Part shown: positions 60,771 to 64,000 of the stretch, in pieces
Position numbering within the stretch: the first letter of the stretch is position 1
Layout: every line of letters begins with the position of its first letter
NCBI GenBank assembly: GCA_018992685.1
Contig: JACVGT010000031.1
Location: 1-64,000 of the forward strand
DNA: 64,000 nt
Direction: 5' to 3'
Source: Theionarchaea archaeon
Lineage (GTDB): Archaea; Methanobacteriota_B; Thermococci; Methanofastidiosales; SZ-28-30
The notes under the pieces: generated by a model
Seen by the model: the letters and a program-made list of their open reading frames with translations, nothing else
Told to the model about the DNA's origin: nothing
The model's database searches: none
Position numbers and translations under genes: made by a program

Positions 60771-61370
60771 ATGACAGAACAGACGATAGTAAGAGTTCTA
60801 GAGGATCCGAGGCAAATAGAACTGTTTGACGATCCTCCCTATGCCCGTATTCTGGTCATCTTACGGAATGGAGAACTCAATATAAAGGAGATACACAGAC
60901 GCTTCAACAGGAATTATGAGGACAAGAAGGCCCTCTCTTCTATCTATAGATATATCGAAAAGCTGACTGAACTAGACCTGGTCTATGTGAGCAAAGAGGT
61001 GAGAAAAAGGAGACATCTCACCGAGAGTTACTACTCGAGAACTGGAAAATTCTTCGTCTTTAGCGACAAGGATATTCTCAAGGCAACGGCTGGTCTGTTC
61101 TCACAGGTGTATGATCTGGACGAAGAGAAGGAGCAGGAGCTTGAAAAACTCCTTCTTGAATATGACAAGAAGAGGTTACGGCTTGATGGGGACTTTTACA
61201 GGGACTATTCGCAGATGTTGCTTGAGACGGAGAAGGAATATGGATTCAAAATACTTGCAGAGGCAATCTGTATCATGCGTCAGATCCTCTATCCCAGAAA
61301 ATATCCCGAATTAGGAAAGAATATATTTGAATTCCTTGAGAATGCAAAGGGTCCCTCAGTGGTGAAGTAG
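60771..61370 (+). CDS. ArsR-like winged-helix regulator
   Basis: F.DP...RIL..LR.GEL.IKEI...SSIYRYI.KL....LV......E.YY.RTG. Confidence 0.82.
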   Translation: MTEQTIVRVLEDPRQIELFDDPPYARILVILRNGELNIKEIHRRFNRNYEDKKALSSIYRYIEKLTELDLVYVSKEVRKRRHLTESYYSRTGKFFVFSDKDILKATAGLFSQVYDLDEEKEQELEKLLLEYDKKRLRLDGDFYRDYSQMLLETEKEYGFKILAEAICIMRQILYPRKYPELGKNIFEFLENAKGPSVVK

Positions 61371-61620
61371 TCTCATCTCTGAGTGGTAGTCCGGATTGCT
61401 CGTGTGGCTCAGGTTTGTGAGGGCTGCTAGCCCCCTCAGTCAAAGGCTTTCATTCTCTTCTCTAATCGAATTCACAGTGGGACTCTTATGCACTCTACCT
61501 TCGTCAGTTCAGAGGAATTCGAGCTGTACACCAAGGACTATACTGGAATTGCGTCCATCAGATGACACAGTCTGATATCCTGGTTTTAGTATTTTGAAAC
61601 CAAGGAATTGCCGCTGAAAT

Positions 61621-62499
61621 TCACGAAATCCAGCTCATGATCTCGCCCTGAATTGACCACTCACCGTCTTTCTTGACCAGGAGAACATAGAACCCTGCAC
61701 CGAATAACCAATCACATTGGCCCCCCAAGTACACGAGAGCTTTGCTCATATCTGCATTGAACCCAACACGAGATAAGGTGAGAATGCCCTGCGCATCAGG
61801 ATATCGTGAATAGAACTCACTCCAGCCACTGGAGTCCTTGAAAATCTCTCTGGATTCGTCTGGTTCTAGGAGGAGAACCTTCTTGCGGATATCGAAGCTA
61901 TCTTCAAGGGGGTAAGATTTCCCATTCTTGTCAATGAAGTCATCGATCATTTCCTGTGTCACAGAAGGCATTTCGTCTCTCACCCATTCGAGAGCCTCTG
62001 ACAAGTCACCGTAACCGAACACGCCTGTGGAGGTGTACTTTTCGATGACGATCACTTCTATTTGGTCATAGTCCCGGAAACAGGAGACAATCAGATCGAA
62101 TCCTTTCTCGATCAGTGCACTGTTTACTCTGTACTCTTCAGCCAATACTTTGTCAGAGGGAGGAGGCGTAGAGGAAGGAGGAGGGCTATACCCACACGAT
62201 TCAGAATTCTCCTCAATGAGATGATCAGATACACACTCCCCATTGAGGCAGGTCATTTTCCACAGTTCAGTTGAAATGCACGCATTGTCACATACTACGT
62301 CCCGACAGGGGTCATATCCACACATGGGTGAATTCTCTTCTACAACCCGGGCGTCAACACACTCTCCATTGATGCAAGTCTGTTTCCAAAGCGCTTCTCC
62401 CCTGCACACGTTACCGCAGGTGACATCCTCACAGGGATTCTGCCCAATGCATGAGAGCATCAACACGATCGAGATGATGAGCCCATAGACGATTCTCAT
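61621..62499 (-). CDS. Lipoprotein with two Cys-rich repeats, Pro/Ser linker and C-terminal globular domain
   Basis: LSC lipobox; PC.DV.C.N.C....LWK.TC.NGECV....EENS..CGY twice; SRVGFN......A.VY....C..L.G.G. Confidence 0.8.
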   Translation of the reverse strand: MRIVYGLIISIVLMLSCIGQNPCEDVTCGNVCRGEALWKQTCINGECVDARVVEENSPMCGYDPCRDVVCDNACISTELWKMTCLNGECVSDHLIEENSESCGYSPPPSSTPPPSDKVLAEEYRVNSALIEKGFDLIVSCFRDYDQIEVIVIEKYTSTGVFGYGDLSEALEWVRDEMPSVTQEMIDDFIDKNGKSYPLEDSFDIRKKVLLLEPDESREIFKDSSGWSEFYSRYPDAQGILTLSRVGFNADMSKALVYLGGQCDWLFGAGFYVLLVKKDGEWSIQGEIMSWIS

Positions 62500-62553
62500 G
62501 GTAACAATTTGACTCGAAATCATATAAGAGTTATGGCAAAGAGAGAAGGAAGT

Positions 62554-63306
62554 TTATCTTGCTCCCCAGACACAGTATACGCTGCTGTATTCAGATTTAC
62601 CATACAGTCTTGCGTCTTTTTCCAGCTGCAATATCTTTTTCTTGAAAGCATTTCTCAATCCATCATCTTTGATGTTGGAAATGTACATCAACATGTTTTC
62701 GATGTACTCTCCAAAGGATTCTGACAATTTCCTCTCAGAGATTTTCTCATGGGATATATCCTTAAATCCAATGTCGTGCAATGTCTCACAGATCCATTCT
62801 GGAGGCAGCTCTTCATGATGATGATCTCCAACCAGTTCAGCCACCGCTTTGTAGACCCTCCAGGCATCCTGGGCAATTTCATCAGCTTTATTCTTCACAG
62901 CAGCTGATTCCAGAGGGTAGTAATCAATGATCAGAAGAATGCCATCTGGTTTTAGAACTCTGAAAAACTCCTTGAAAACCTGCAGTACTTTGAATGGAGT
63001 CTCTGCGGGTATGGAGCTCACGGTAGAGTGGGAGACAATAGCATCTATTGAGGCGTCCTGCAGGAAATCCATCCTGGCAAGGTTCCCTTTAACAAACTCC
63101 ACCTTTGACGACAGGTTGGCATCTTCAATTCTCTCAACTGCACTGTCAGCTGTATCCATGTCAACACTGATGACCTTCCCCTTGATTCGCTGTGCAAGTT
63201 CCAGAGTAGTATTCCCTGCGCCCGTTGCAGCATCAAGGATGTTCAAATCCTCGTTTTCAAGTTTTTGAAAGAGCTGCTCCAGCACACTGACTACTTTTTC
63301 TTTCAT
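62554..63306 (-). CDS. Class I SAM-dependent methyltransferase
   Basis: ILDAATGAG, SVD and EF.RVLKP.G. Confidence 0.92.
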   Translation of the reverse strand: MKEKVVSVLEQLFQKLENEDLNILDAATGAGNTTLELAQRIKGKVISVDMDTADSAVERIEDANLSSKVEFVKGNLARMDFLQDASIDAIVSHSTVSSIPAETPFKVLQVFKEFFRVLKPDGILLIIDYYPLESAAVKNKADEIAQDAWRVYKAVAELVGDHHHEELPPEWICETLHDIGFKDISHEKISERKLSESFGEYIENMLMYISNIKDDGLRNAFKKKILQLEKDARLYGKSEYSSVYCVWGAR

Positions 63307-63417
63307 CTTCTCACCACCTGTATTCCGGTTTCACATGAGGAGTGTTTCCTTGTGAGAACGCTCCACAGACTCCACTGGAACAGTTCTGGATTCACTTCTA
63401 TACGGCTACATTCATGT

Positions 63418-63834
63418 TCATTCAAGTAACTCTTTCATTCTTTTGAGACTGGTTTCCATATTCTTTTCCATTTCCTTGGAGATTTTGATCTTGTCGAAAA
63501 TCTTTCCCAGGACACCAGGGATGTCGTAGTCCATTACCATCTCAACTTCGGTTCCCTGGACAGAAGGGACGAGGTTCCAGGAGCCTGAAGCAACGAAGTC
63601 TCCCATTGATTTCCATACGATTTTCTCGTTTTCGATGTTTTCAACCATTTCTGTGTCAAACTCCATGGCTCTCCCTGCCATTTCCAATGTCCAATGAGCT
63701 GTTGTGTCCCCCGTCATCTTGATGTTTTTGGCACCTTCCATGAACTTCGTGTAGCCTTCAATGTCAGAGCAAAGAGCATAGACTTTCTCAATTGACGCCC
63801 TGATTTCTGATTTTTTCTCAATTCTGGCCAACAT
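63418..63834 (-). CDS. SRPBCC/polyketide cyclase family protein
   Basis: I.A..EKVY....D.E.Y..FM, W and G.W.L.P...GT.V...MDY; GGAGGTGG SD before MLARI. Confidence 0.88.
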   Translation of the reverse strand: MLARIEKKSEIRASIEKVYALCSDIEGYTKFMEGAKNIKMTGDTTAHWTLEMAGRAMEFDTEMVENIENEKIVWKSMGDFVASGSWNLVPSVQGTEVEMVMDYDIPGVLGKIFDKIKISKEMEKNMETSLKRMKELLE

Positions 63835-64000
63835 ACCACCTCCTCTTCTGTAGATTCTCACCTTCTGTTAAAAAAAGGTTACTGCGAGCTTCTCCATCTG
63901 TCTCGCAGGGACACGGGATTCAACAGAATGTCACTTTTCAATTGACTAGAGATGTCACAATCATGCCACATAATAACATACTCATGAGATTGTAGCAGGG

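Noticed and set aside
833-63268. Numerous antisense or nested ORFs in the ORF track (e.g. 4066-4578, 14621-15040, 35325-35990, 51054-51551)
   Set aside because: They shadow well-supported genes on the other strand or frame and lack motifs
1-64000. CRISPR array, cas genes, rRNA, prophage or integrase
   Set aside because: No regularly spaced repeats and no recognisable motifs for any of these were seen

Overview
Archaeal chromosomal DNA. The evidence is GGTGA/GGAGGT Shine-Dalgarno (SD) sites, TTTATA boxes about 30 nt before starts, PriL, TFS, L13e, FBP aldolase/phosphatase and HdrABC-MvhD. The Thermococcales-like PriL and EncFtn and the expanded ~320-360 aa wHTH paralogs suggest, by inference only, a Theionarchaea/Thermococci-related anaerobe. 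Most of the window is housekeeping and metabolism: primase, PolB, CysRS with tRNA-Cys, Rqc2, thiolase, OFOR, an ORP-type Fe-S/metal cluster operon, Hdr and transporters. Signals not explained by the ORF track: (i) a wHTH-wHTH-TPR regulator followed by a separately transcribed 31-aa peptide gene and a convergent tandem-Lrp-like regulator, resembling a peptide-sensing cassette, with a related LGG micro-ORF before the second paralog; (ii) candidate small RNAs with a TATA box, hairpin and poly-T, including a ~40-nt motif present twice; (iii) a NifX-family gene with no ATG that is in frame behind the Mrp amber stop; (iv) an IS481 left end at the window edge; (v) an L13e-HhH fusion; (vi) a frameshifted aminotransferase. 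All family calls come from motif recognition by eye, and no searches were run.
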